Positions 11,087-20,207 of a stretch of 32,000 nucleotides of DNA are shown here, one piece after another; position 1 is the stretch's first letter; each line of letters opens with the position of its first letter. The notes under the pieces were generated by a model. That model saw only the letters and a list, made by a program, of their open reading frames with translations. It was not told where the DNA came from and searched no databases. Location of the stretch: positions 60,001-92,000 of the forward strand of contig NZ_FUWK01000002.1 of NCBI RefSeq assembly GCF_900167395.1. The letters run 5' to 3'. Position numbers and translations under genes: made by a program. Origin of the DNA: Nitrosomonas europaea. Its GTDB lineage: Bacteria > Pseudomonadota > Gammaproteobacteria > Burkholderiales > Nitrosomonadaceae.

Positions 11087-11113
11087 TTGACATGACCATA
11101 GCGCTGTTATAGT
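11087..11113 (+). promoter_or_regulatory. Sigma70-like promoter of the riboswitch-btuB operon
   Basis: TTGACA (11087-11092), a 15-nt spacer, then TATAGT (11108-11113) preceded by TGT, which gives an extended -10. It lies immediately upstream of the riboswitch core. Confidence 0.5.
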
Positions 11114-11119
11114 CTGCGC

Positions 11120-11330
11120 CCCTTGTTTGAGGTGTCCCAGATGCATTTGCACGAGGGATGAAACGGGAAGCCGGTGCGCGCTGGAATCAGCCAGCGCAAT
11201 GCCGGCACTGCCCCCGCAACGGTAAATGAGTCAATGATCTGCACACGCCACTGTGCTGTATGGCACGGGAAGGCGCAGAATCAGGAAAACACAGCTTCCG
11301 CTCATAAGTCCGGAGACCGGCCTGAAGCAA
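11120..11330 (+). promoter_or_regulatory. Cobalamin (B12) riboswitch aptamer
   Basis: Conserved elements in the correct order: AAACGGGAAGCCGGTG (11161-11176), GCCACTG (11247-11253), GGGAAGGC, and the B12 box AGTCCGGAGACCGGCC (11307-11322). It sits in the leader of a TonB-dependent receptor. The outer boundaries are approximate. Confidence 0.85.
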
Positions 11331-11462
11331 TATCATGTTATTGCGGAGGGCAATACACGGCACCGAATCTCATTCCCGGTATTTAATCGTGCCCGGTTCC
11401 CTGCTGTTTCTCCGCAATCTGTTTACAACCCGATCATCGCGCGGGTGTGCGCGGAGGAAACA

Positions 11463-13301
11463 ATGTCCGAAAATCATGCTTCATCTGTACTGACTCTGTG
11501 GCTGGGAGCCAGTCTTTCTGCCCTTTCATGGGCAGAAGAAATCAGTTATCTCGAAAAACCAGTAGTCGTTACCGCCAGCCGTACCAATGAGGCTGCAGAA
11601 GATACGCTCGCCTCGGTTACCGTCATCACGCGAACTGATATCGAGCGCCAGCAAGCGCGCTCCATGCAGGATCTGCTGCACGGTATCGCAGGTATCAATA
11701 TCGCCAATACCGGCGGCCCTGGAAAATTGACCACACTTCTCCTGCGAGGGACAGAGTCTGACCACGTACTGGTTCTGGTCGATGGCATCAGAATGGGCTC
11801 CGCCACATCCGGATTTTCTGAAATCCAGAACTATCCGGTAGAACTGATCGATCGTATCGAAATCGTCCGGGGACCCCGATCCAGTCTGTATGGCCCGGAA
11901 GCCGTGGGAGGGGTAATCCAGATATTCACCCGCAAAGGTGGAAAAAAAGGATTGAAACCCACTCTCAGCTTCGGAGGTGGCAGCTACGGAACCATCAATG
12001 GCTCAGCCACCCTCTCCGGCAGCAGTGAACGTGCCTGGTTCAATCTCGGTATCAGCGGATCGGACACCAATGGCTTCAATGCCTGCAAAGGATCTTTCAG
12101 TGCGGGATGCTTCACCATCGAACCGGACAAGGATGGCTATCGCAACATCTCCGGCTCGGCTCGCGCTGGTTACCGTTTTGATAATGGATTGGATGTCGAA
12201 GCGAGTTTTTTACATACTGATGGTCATTACGAGTATGACGGCAGCTTTCAAAACAGAACTCAGCTGGCACAACAAGTATTCGGGGGAACAGCACGCTATT
12301 CACTCTTTGAACCCTGGCGTATCACGTTGACAGCGGGACGCAGCAATGAAGATTCCGATAATTTCAAGGAAAAGCTATTCACGACACGCTACCACGCCCG
12401 GCGCGATACGATCTCCTGGCAAAATGACATAACCATCACCCCGAATCAGCTTTTGACCATCGGTACGGATTATCTGTACGATCGTATCAACAGCTCGGAA
12501 AAATTCACCACCACTTCACGCTATAACTGGGGCGTATTTGCGCAACACCAGATTTCACTCGCAGCGCACAAACTGCAACTTTCTGTACGCCATGATGACA
12601 ACCAGCAATTTGGCAGTCAGGTAACCGGTGGCGCTTCCTGGGGCTATTCACTGACCGAACGGGTCAGGCTGACTGCCGGCTTTGGCAGCGCATTCAAGGC
12701 CCCTACTTTCAACGAACTGTATTTCCCCGGATTTGGCAATCCTGATCTCAAACCGGAAGATGCCCGCACGGTGGAACTGGGTGCAGCCGGACGGTTTGAC
12801 TGGGGCAACTGGTCACTCAACCTGTATGAAACCTGGATCGATGACTTGATCTCATACAATGCCGCAACATTCACTCCGGATAATATCGATAAAGCACGCA
12901 TACAAGGGCTGGAAGCTATCCTCAACACCGAAATCAAAGGCTGGCTGATTCAAACCAACCTCACTTTTCTTGACCCGCAAAATCGTTCCAAGGGAGCCAA
13001 TAAAGGTAATATCCTGCCCCGGCGCAGCAAGCAGGCTTTCCGGATCGATGCCAGTCGTCAGCTCGGTGATTTTGTTGTAGGAGCAATGTTTCTGGCAGAA
13101 ACCAATCGCTATGATGATCTGGCAAACAATCAGAAACTCGATGATTATGTCAAAGTTGACTTGCGAGCAGAATATCTGATCAATCCGCAATGGCGCATTC
13201 AGGGGCGGATCGAAAACCTGTTTGACAAAGACTATGAAACCGCTGCATTCTTCAACCAGCCCGGGCGCAACTTTTTTGTCACCCTGCGTTACCAACCATA
13301 G
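11463..13301 (+). CDS. btuB: TonB-dependent outer-membrane cobalamin receptor
   Basis: The start at 11463 (MSENHASS...) is preceded by GGAGGA. The product has a signal peptide, a TonB box (KPVVVTASR), a plug domain (RIEIVRGPRSSLYG) and a beta-barrel. It is controlled by the upstream B12 riboswitch. The track start at 11253 lies inside the riboswitch. Confidence 0.88.
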   Translation: MSENHASSVLTLWLGASLSALSWAEEISYLEKPVVVTASRTNEAAEDTLASVTVITRTDIERQQARSMQDLLHGIAGINIANTGGPGKLTTLLLRGTESDHVLVLVDGIRMGSATSGFSEIQNYPVELIDRIEIVRGPRSSLYGPEAVGGVIQIFTRKGGKKGLKPTLSFGGGSYGTINGSATLSGSSERAWFNLGISGSDTNGFNACKGSFSAGCFTIEPDKDGYRNISGSARAGYRFDNGLDVEASFLHTDGHYEYDGSFQNRTQLAQQVFGGTARYSLFEPWRITLTAGRSNEDSDNFKEKLFTTRYHARRDTISWQNDITITPNQLLTIGTDYLYDRINSSEKFTTTSRYNWGVFAQHQISLAAHKLQLSVRHDDNQQFGSQVTGGASWGYSLTERVRLTAGFGSAFKAPTFNELYFPGFGNPDLKPEDARTVELGAAGRFDWGNWSLNLYETWIDDLISYNAATFTPDNIDKARIQGLEAILNTEIKGWLIQTNLTFLDPQNRSKGANKGNILPRRSKQAFRIDASRQLGDFVVGAMFLAETNRYDDLANNQKLDDYVKVDLRAEYLINPQWRIQGRIENLFDKDYETAAFFNQPGRNFFVTLRYQP

Positions 13302-13310
13302 GATAAAAAT

Positions 13311-13892
13311 ATGCTGACACTACCATTACGACATCAATACCTGATCGGATCGATCCTGATCATTCTGATGATCGCCACACGTGAATATCATTTCGCTTCA
13401 TTACATACTCTGCCGGGAGCCTCCTGGGCGGTTTTCTTCCTGGCCGGTGTTTATCTCAGCTCAAGCTGGTCATTACTTGGGTTCCTGGTACTTGCCTGGA
13501 TACTTGATTTTTCAGCTTACTTTACTGCTGCAGGAAGTGATTTCTGCCTGACCTCAGCCTATATTTTTCTGCTGCCCGCCTACGGTGCACTCTGGGTTGC
13601 CGGCCGCTGGTTTGCAGCTCGTTATCAATTTTCATGGCGAGCGCTGGCATCCTTATCCATCAGCCTCCTGATCGGCGCGATGCTGTGTGAATTATTCTCC
13701 AGTGGCGGATTCTATTTCTTCTCCGGCCAATTTGAAGAAACCACATTTGCCGAATTCTGGCAGCGTGAATTGCACTACTTCCCGCTTTATCTCCAGTCCC
13801 TGCTGTTTTATGTCGGTACTGCGGCCACGATACATACCCTGTTCGTGCTGATTCATAAATCACGCCATCCTCAGATTAATGCCACCGGCTGA
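13311..13892 (+). CDS. Small 6-TM membrane protein, candidate BtuM-like (solitary ECF-S-component-like) cobalamin transporter
   Basis: 193 aa with about six hydrophobic segments. It lies between btuB and cobO in the riboswitch-controlled operon and overlaps the cobO start. His27, Asp66, Cys79, Tyr84 and Arg152 fall within one residue of positions I recall as conserved in Thiobacillus BtuM. This is recollection, not an alignment. Confidence 0.55.
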   Translation: MLTLPLRHQYLIGSILIILMIATREYHFASLHTLPGASWAVFFLAGVYLSSSWSLLGFLVLAWILDFSAYFTAAGSDFCLTSAYIFLLPAYGALWVAGRWFAARYQFSWRALASLSISLLIGAMLCELFSSGGFYFFSGQFEETTFAEFWQRELHYFPLYLQSLLFYVGTAATIHTLFVLIHKSRHPQINATG

Positions 13893-14505
13893 CAGCACAG
13901 ATATGGATGCGGACAAGGCGCAGCGTTATCGTTCGCGGATGCAGCGCCAGAAGGCGGTCGTGGATGCGGCGATTGTCCGCGCTGATAAAAGCAAAGGGCT
14001 GTTGCTGGTATTGACCGGCAACGGCAAAGGAAAATCGAGTTCTGCCTTCGGGATGGTTGCCCGCGCACTGGGACACGGCATGCGCGTGGGGGTTGCGCAA
14101 TTCATCAAAGGACGCTCCGATACCGGCGAGGAAGCTTTCTTCACACAGCAGAAAAATATCGTCTGGCATGTGCTGGGAGAAGGATTTACCTGGGATACAC
14201 AGGATCTCGCTCGTGACAGAGAAACCGCCCGCCGAGGGTGGTCAGTCGTACAAACCATGCTGCGCGATCCATCGATCGATCTGCTGATACTTGATGAACT
14301 CACCTACCCGCTCAAATTCGGCTGGCTGGAAATCAGCGAGGTACTGAGTGATCTTCAGAACCGGCCAGCCATGCAGCATGTCGTTATCACCGGCCGCGCC
14401 GCACCGGATACGCTATGTGGGGCAGCCGATACTGTCACCGAAATGCGTGACATCAAACATGCTTTTCAGGCTGGCATTCAGGCACAAACGGGGATCGATT
14501 TCTGA
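13879..14505 (+). CDS. cobO: Cob(I)yrinic acid a,c-diamide / cob(I)alamin adenosyltransferase
   Basis: 208-aa ORF with a P-loop-like LLLVLTGNGKGKSSSAFG, then GVAQFIKG and LILDELTY motifs of the CobO/BtuR family. An alternative start at 13903 is possible. Confidence 0.9.
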   Translation: MPPADSTDMDADKAQRYRSRMQRQKAVVDAAIVRADKSKGLLLVLTGNGKGKSSSAFGMVARALGHGMRVGVAQFIKGRSDTGEEAFFTQQKNIVWHVLGEGFTWDTQDLARDRETARRGWSVVQTMLRDPSIDLLILDELTYPLKFGWLEISEVLSDLQNRPAMQHVVITGRAAPDTLCGAADTVTEMRDIKHAFQAGIQAQTGIDF

Positions 14506-14701
14506 TAACCGTCTAAAATTCACAAGTTGATATAGCAATGAGGCCTGTCATAAAATATTTCCTTCATCACATTCATTTGATTAAAAGTGTATACAGCGCC
14601 AGACGATCTGCTTCATACACGGAGTACAAACACTGGAAAGGAATGCAAGATTACGTCCCCGCAAAACATGCACGTACTCTTGGAATTATTGAGAAATTAC
14701 T

Positions 14702-15040
14702 ATGCTCAGGCTTATACCCAATAAAGGACTGAAAAAGACGATAAACACGCTTACGGTTGCCGAAAAAGCCAGAATCAATCATCAGGATATCGAAGAACTG
14801 CTGCTGAGGTACCAAAGGAGCTGTCCCGAAGATGCCGCCAGGAACATAACCGAGGTCACGAATCCAAATCAGGAAAAGCATGAAGGCCTTAGGGTATTTG
14901 TCATCCAGACATGGATGGCGCTCATGGTGGCAAATTCCTACGGGCTTGAAACCTATCAGACTTTGAAAACATTCATGGACAGGCAAGGCTACAAAACACA
15001 ACCTGATTCCACATACATGGCAACAGAACAAAAAGACTGA
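14702..15040 (+). CDS. Hypothetical protein, orphan, possibly a gene remnant
   Basis: 112-aa ORF of protein-like composition in an AT-rich gap. No family recognised. It overlaps a second short ORF (14538-14732) in another frame and an antisense ORF of unprotein-like composition. Confidence 0.25.
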   Translation: MLRLIPNKGLKKTINTLTVAEKARINHQDIEELLLRYQRSCPEDAARNITEVTNPNQEKHEGLRVFVIQTWMALMVANSYGLETYQTLKTFMDRQGYKTQPDSTYMATEQKD

Positions 15041-15079
15041 ATTACTTCTCCTTGTATTGGAGCTATAACGAAATATGCA

Positions 15080-15436
15080 TTATTTCGATGAGGTTCCGGT
15101 TGCTTTGTCCGTTTCCTCAGGGATATAAATCATGGAGCCATCTTTCAGCCGATAGGCAACACCGGCTCGTACCCCTTCACCCTGCCCGATTTCACCGGTA
15201 CTCTTATAGTGCTTCATTTCTTCCCCCTTGCGCACGATCATTTCCATCTGTGGAGTATCAGGATTGCGGATAACTACCATGTCCTGAGCAGCAAAAGGGT
15301 TGAGTGGATTTTCGAGTATCGCGATCAGCAGGCCAGCAATGATCACCAGAAATACGTCAATGATGTTGACCACTGACAGAATCGGATCGTCACTATCCTC
15401 ATCGTCCAGAATACGGGTCAGCAGCCGGTCAGCCAT
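15080..15436 (-). CDS. DUF2149-type single-pass membrane protein (ExbD/TolR-like partner of the adjacent MotA/ExbB channel)
   Basis: 118 aa with an acidic N-terminus, one TM segment (ILSVVNIIDVFLVIIAGLLIAIL) carrying an embedded Asp27, and a soluble C-terminal domain. Its start overlaps the stop of the upstream MotA/ExbB-like gene by 8 nt. Confidence 0.75.
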   Translation of the reverse strand: MADRLLTRILDDEDSDDPILSVVNIIDVFLVIIAGLLIAILENPLNPFAAQDMVVIRNPDTPQMEMIVRKGEEMKHYKSTGEIGQGEGVRAGVAYRLKDGSMIYIPEETDKATGTSSK

Positions 15437-15971
15437 GTATTGCCTCCTGCGGAGTAATTACGTGAGCATTGTTGCTGTCAGCAATGAAAGCAGATCGCTG
15501 GTTACCATTGAGCAATATATTAAGTTCGGTCAGCAGCCACCGCCGCCGCATGGAAAGAACAACATAGCTGATGGAAGCAGTCACCAGTGCCACAATCACC
15601 GCTGAAAACGCCACCACCAGGTTTTCTGCAATCTCTTGGGTATTGCCCGCTGCCACAGCTACCAGTGCCGGGCCCATCGGAATCATAGTTGCTACTAATC
15701 CCAGCATCGGTGCAACACGGCTGGTAAGGCGCAATGGCTCCAGTAGTTTGAGCAGATGGAGTTCTATCGCCTCTGTGTTGGCTTGCGGGTGGCGCTCACG
15801 GTAATGTTGCAAAGACTGTCTTACCGAAAAATGCAATGAGCGCAATATCAGATCAAATAGCAACATACCTAACGCAAACAATGAAAGCACAAACATGATG
15901 CACAATATGATCAGCACGGGCGTCAGAAAGAAGCGGGAAATTTCATATAAAAATGATTCAAGTGCGTTCAT
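15429..15971 (-). CDS. MotA/TolQ/ExbB family proton-channel protein
   Basis: 180 aa with three TM segments and an ExbB-like signature region (APMLGLVATMIPMGPALVAVAAG). A GAGGT Shine-Dalgarno lies upstream. Confidence 0.8.
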   Translation of the reverse strand: MNALESFLYEISRFFLTPVLIILCIMFVLSLFALGMLLFDLILRSLHFSVRQSLQHYRERHPQANTEAIELHLLKLLEPLRLTSRVAPMLGLVATMIPMGPALVAVAAGNTQEIAENLVVAFSAVIVALVTASISYVVLSMRRRWLLTELNILLNGNQRSAFIADSNNAHVITPQEAIHG

Positions 15972-16067
15972 CAGCAGTTACCTCATGTTCGGAAACATGG
16001 AAAATGAATACAATGTTTATGCCTGTTTGAATGTGCGCGTGCGCACTTCGTGCCAGGTGCCCCACGC

Positions 16068-19000
16068 CTACCAAAAAAAGCCACTCACTATGATCAGGAT
16101 CAGTAACCGGGCATAGGTCCATATCAGTTGAATTGCTTCCCCGGCCGGTGATACTTCACTCATCTGCTGCCCACTGATATTTTCAGTTTCTCCGGTGACT
16201 TGCGGCGCGGAATCAGCCGGTACAGCATCTGATAGCGTGGTGGTTGCTGATTCTGCCGGTTTATTGTCCAGTGCAGCCATACCAAAATTGGTCATCAGCT
16301 CTTGTACATAAGCCTTGAAAGTTTCGTTACCGGTATGGATATCATGCTGTTGTGCCAGCTCGATATAGATGGTTATCAGTTCCTGAATGGTTTGCTCACC
16401 GGCCTGCCAGTAATCCTTGCGAATTGCTTCCAGCATACGCTCAACAATTTGTGCCAGTGCTGCCGGATGGTTATGCTCGAACCACTCACGTAAACCAAGC
16501 TGGTAATGGTCGTTTATATAAATCTCATGAAAAGATTGCCATTGATCATCCCTTACGATGTTGCGATCCATGACCTGCCAGCCCCAAAAATTATTGATCG
16601 TATTCAACACTTGTAAAGTTCCGCTGTAACCTTCTTTCATCATCTCGGCCAGCCAGTTTGGATGCTGATAGACTGATCGCAGCTCGGTTGCGAGGAATTT
16701 ATCAGCCGCTTCCAGTTGTGCGCGGTTCGGATCACGCATATTAGAAATATATAATTGCGGCGCCGCACCATCGAGATGCCGGACAGCCATGGAAATACCA
16801 CCCAGATATTCAAACGGATGATCGGTATCGAGCAGCCCGCGCAGATTGGATGAGCGGGAAAATACTGTTGCACGTGTTCCGCGCAGATGCTCGGCATAAG
16901 CATTCACTTCACCGTTTTTGCTATCTGTGTATTTCTTGCTCCAGCTGGCTGTACTCGGACCATATGTCCAGGACATATTGGACAGATACTGTCGTTCGAG
17001 CTTGCCATCGCCTTCCTCCCACCGATTGGATGCCAGTGTTGCATCTGTCAGGCCAGTACCATAATTTCCACTTTCATTACCAAAGATACGGGTATGCGCG
17101 ATCGCACCAGCATCTTCCCTGGATAACCCTCGTGCCAGCATCTCCGCCAGAATGCGCAAGCTGTTGGTGCGTACGAAATTTTGTTCAGCCGGCTCATCTT
17201 CTGCAGCCAACATCACGATCGCCTCGTTGAGACGTTCCATGACATTGGGGAACTGATCACGATACAGACCGGTAATCGATATCACCGGATCGATACGTGG
17301 ACGGCCCAGTTCTGCCAATGGAATTTTTTCCATACCGGTTACACGACCGCCTTCATCCCAGATCGGCCGCACTCCCAGGGCATACAAGATCTGTGCTTCC
17401 AACATGCTGAGGTGGCGCATGGTTTCTGTACTTCACAGCGTAAAAGCAAGCTTGTCCGGAAATTGTCCATCGTGAGTCGACTGATAGGTCAGAATCAGAT
17501 GTTCCAGTGATTCCTTACCGGCCTCATATGCTGCACGGGTCGGGATGCGTGAGGGATCAAAGCCATACATATTGCGTCCCGTTGGCAAGGCATCCGGATT
17601 ACGGATCGGGTCTCCTCCGTAGGAAGGATCAATCCAGCGCGCCGCCAATGCGCGCAGCACCGATTCTATTTCGCCGGCTGTACGAAAGGTGGCAGCAAAT
17701 ACGCGGCCACATTCAGCGAGTTCAACGCGTATTTTGTTTTTTAATGTATCCAGTGATTTGTCACTCAGTACCCATTCATCGACGAAGTGATACGGTGCAG
17801 ATGCCTGTATCTGCCGGTAATCTTCGGTAAACACCTCTCCAGCATTATTGAAGCCAAACGCTTCGTAAAGTGGCTGCCCCAGCATTTGCATGACGGTGCT
17901 GATCATATGGGCGCGCTCCATATCCTGCCCCAGCACATGCAGCCCGAGCGGCTGCTGCGCAATGGCCAAATGTTCCAGATAATCCTCGATTTCGCGCAGA
18001 AAATCAGGAAAGCTACGTTCCAGATCAGCAACTTTCCACGACATATCCTGATGAATGTTCATTCTGATCACCAAATCAATAATCTGCTTGCGCGCGTTTT
18101 CTTTCACCAGTCCTTCATCAAGAGATTCATATTCACGAATCGCATCATTGATCTGAGCGAAATCATCAGACAATCCGGCAGGGGAAAAAGGTGGTGTCTG
18201 ATGACTGACGATCACTCCCCGGCCGCGTCGTTTAACATGTATCGCCTCCGCGATGTTGTCCACAATGTACGGATAAATCACCGGCACATTACCTGCCAGT
18301 AGATTGGGATCATCGAATGCCCACAATCCTCTCTCCTTGCCGGGTGTCCATTCTTGCGTGCCATGGGTGCCAAAATGAACGATGGCATGTGCGGGTTGCT
18401 GTGTACGTATCCACAGGTAGGTAGCAAGATAAAAATGATTGACCGGAATTTTCGTGTCGTGAAACAACTTCTCTTCGTTTTCATCCGCGATTTCTCCGCG
18501 CGGCGGTTGTGGCAGTACTGCCAGTCGGCCGAGTTTCAGGCGCGGGATCACAAAACCGGTTGTACCGTCCTCGTGCTGTACCACCCAGGGGCTTCTTTCC
18601 GCTTTTCCCCAGTATGTATCGATCCGTTCGCGTACTTCCTCAGGCAGTGTTGCAAACCATTCCCTGTATGTGACCAGCGGCAGAAAATCCCAGTGAGGCG
18701 TCTGCATCAGTTCCGGCAGGGAGTCTTTGCGATAAACCGGCCGCAGCATCTCGCCGACAGCCGCTATGACCTGATCCTCACTGACGGTATCAAACGCGTA
18801 ACCTTCATCGCGTAACCGTTCTGTCAGGTGAGTGATTGAACGGGGAACATTCAGGTTGGATGCACCCTGGTTATGTTCTCCCGGAGGATGATTCCAGAAT
18901 AATAATGCGACGTTTTTTTCTGCATTCGGCAGCGTTTTCAACCGAGCCAGATTGATGAGTTTGCCGATGAGCAGATCCATTTGTTCCGGCATCGACACCA

Positions 19001-20166
19001 GCTCTCCATCTTCGTTCGTGGTAACCAGTACCGGATCCTGTAATCCGATATATTCAGCGACAGTCAGCATAAAAGGCAGCATAAAGCTGCTGATACCGGT
19101 TTTATCCTCGGCATAATCCATTGCGGTATTGCATGAAATTGATTACCGGGATATCAAGCGATCGATACCAGGCTTTGCGCTCATCCGGGTTGATTCCCAG
19201 AAATGTGTTGACCATCAGGACATCTAAAATGGTTTTTCCATCGAGCATAATCAGAGGTTCATCAGCCACATCCATCGGTTGTGAAGCGGGGTTGGGAAAA
19301 CCGCTGCTGTCAGCTGTACCGATTGTTTGTACAGCTATTCGTATGTTTCCCGGCATTTTTCCCTCAGATCTTCTACCCTGTTGCTCATCCTGTTCCGGGG
19401 AACGGGTGGTTGATCTGGAACGAGAACGGCTGGCCCGGTAAAAAATCAGTGGCACTCCTTCAGCGCGTTCAATAGCTGCGATCGTTTCATCAAGTTGACG
19501 TGTTTGCCCATCGCTGAGGTAACTGCTGGCAGTTTCCATTCCGATGATCGGATTATCACGCCAGGGCTGGTTATGTCGCTGTTGCCACCAGTCCAGATAC
19601 TCGGGGAGAGAAGCAAATACCATCTGTTCAGCATCCGGATGATAAATACCGCTGTCAGGTAGTTCAATCGGTGGCGCTGCAGCCGATACATCCTCGCCTG
19701 TCAGCCAGGTTTTCAGGTAGTGCATCATGCGTTCGCGGTTGACATGTGTACCGCTGATGTAATAAGTGAATAACTGACGAGCCTGTTCTTCTTCCATCCG
19801 TTGCGCTTGCATGCGCAGCGACGGGTTAAACCGGTGGACACTCAAGACAGGAATTGTCAGAGTACGCAGTTGTTCACCTGCCACCTGCCCGACCTGCGAT
19901 ATGGCTTCGTTGTTAGGAGCATCAATGATGACAAAAGCTGCACCATTGAGTACTCGTGACACACCTGTTTCACCTTCTCGATCCACTTGCGTCCATGCCA
20001 GATCCAAATCTTGATCACGTGCAGTGGCTTCCATTAGCTTGAATTTATGTTCCAGTACAAAACTTGTACTCAATACGGCAACCTTCGTTGCTGTGGCAAC
20101 CAATGGTGATAAGCAGATTAGTAATCCCAGCAACAGGCGGCATTTCATCAGGTATCTCTCATTCAT
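16068..20166 (-). pseudogene. CobN/ChlH-family chelatase-like gene (HmuS/'BtuS'-like, exported), disrupted by one frameshift and one in-frame TGA
   Basis: Three consecutive ORFs (19102-20166, 17433-19121, 16068-17420; 354+562+450 aa) together cover a CobN-length protein. ORFs 1 and 2 overlap in different frames, so a frameshift lies within 19102-19143. ORFs 2 and 3 share a frame and are separated only by TGA at 17433-17435, giving ...LAFTL*STETMRHLSMLEAQILYALGVRPIW. That position is the conserved Trp of the CobN/ChlH 'LWGT(D/E)xx(R/K)' segment. The N-terminus (MKCRLLLGLLICLSPLVATA) looks like a signal peptide and the C-terminus (LIWTYARLLILIIVSGFFW) like a membrane anchor. The true start is probably 20148. 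Confidence 0.8.
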
Positions 20167-20207
20167 TCAGGGGACGTAAATGAGAATTATTGGTGTTGAA
20201 GAGATTT

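Noticed and set aside
11174-11386. 70-aa ORF, and the upstream extension of the btuB ORF from 11253
   Set aside because: Both lie inside the cobalamin riboswitch and its expression platform. The real btuB start with an SD is at 11463.
17433-17435. The TGA could encode selenocysteine or be a read-through or recoded Trp
   Set aside because: The aligned residue in the family is Trp, not Cys or Sec. I saw no convincing SECIS-like stem-loop immediately 3' of the codon. The same gene also carries a frameshift, so simple decay or a base-call error is more parsimonious.
16302-18815. Multiple + strand ORFs (e.g. 16850-17230, 17787-18302, 18354-18815) opposite the CobN-like gene
   Set aside because: The - strand frames carry continuous CobN-family similarity. 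The + strand ORFs have atypical composition and are shadows.
19102-19143. Programmed ribosomal frameshift in the CobN-like gene
   Set aside because: There is no slippery heptamer or homopolymer run in the only interval where the shift can occur, and no obvious downstream stimulatory structure.
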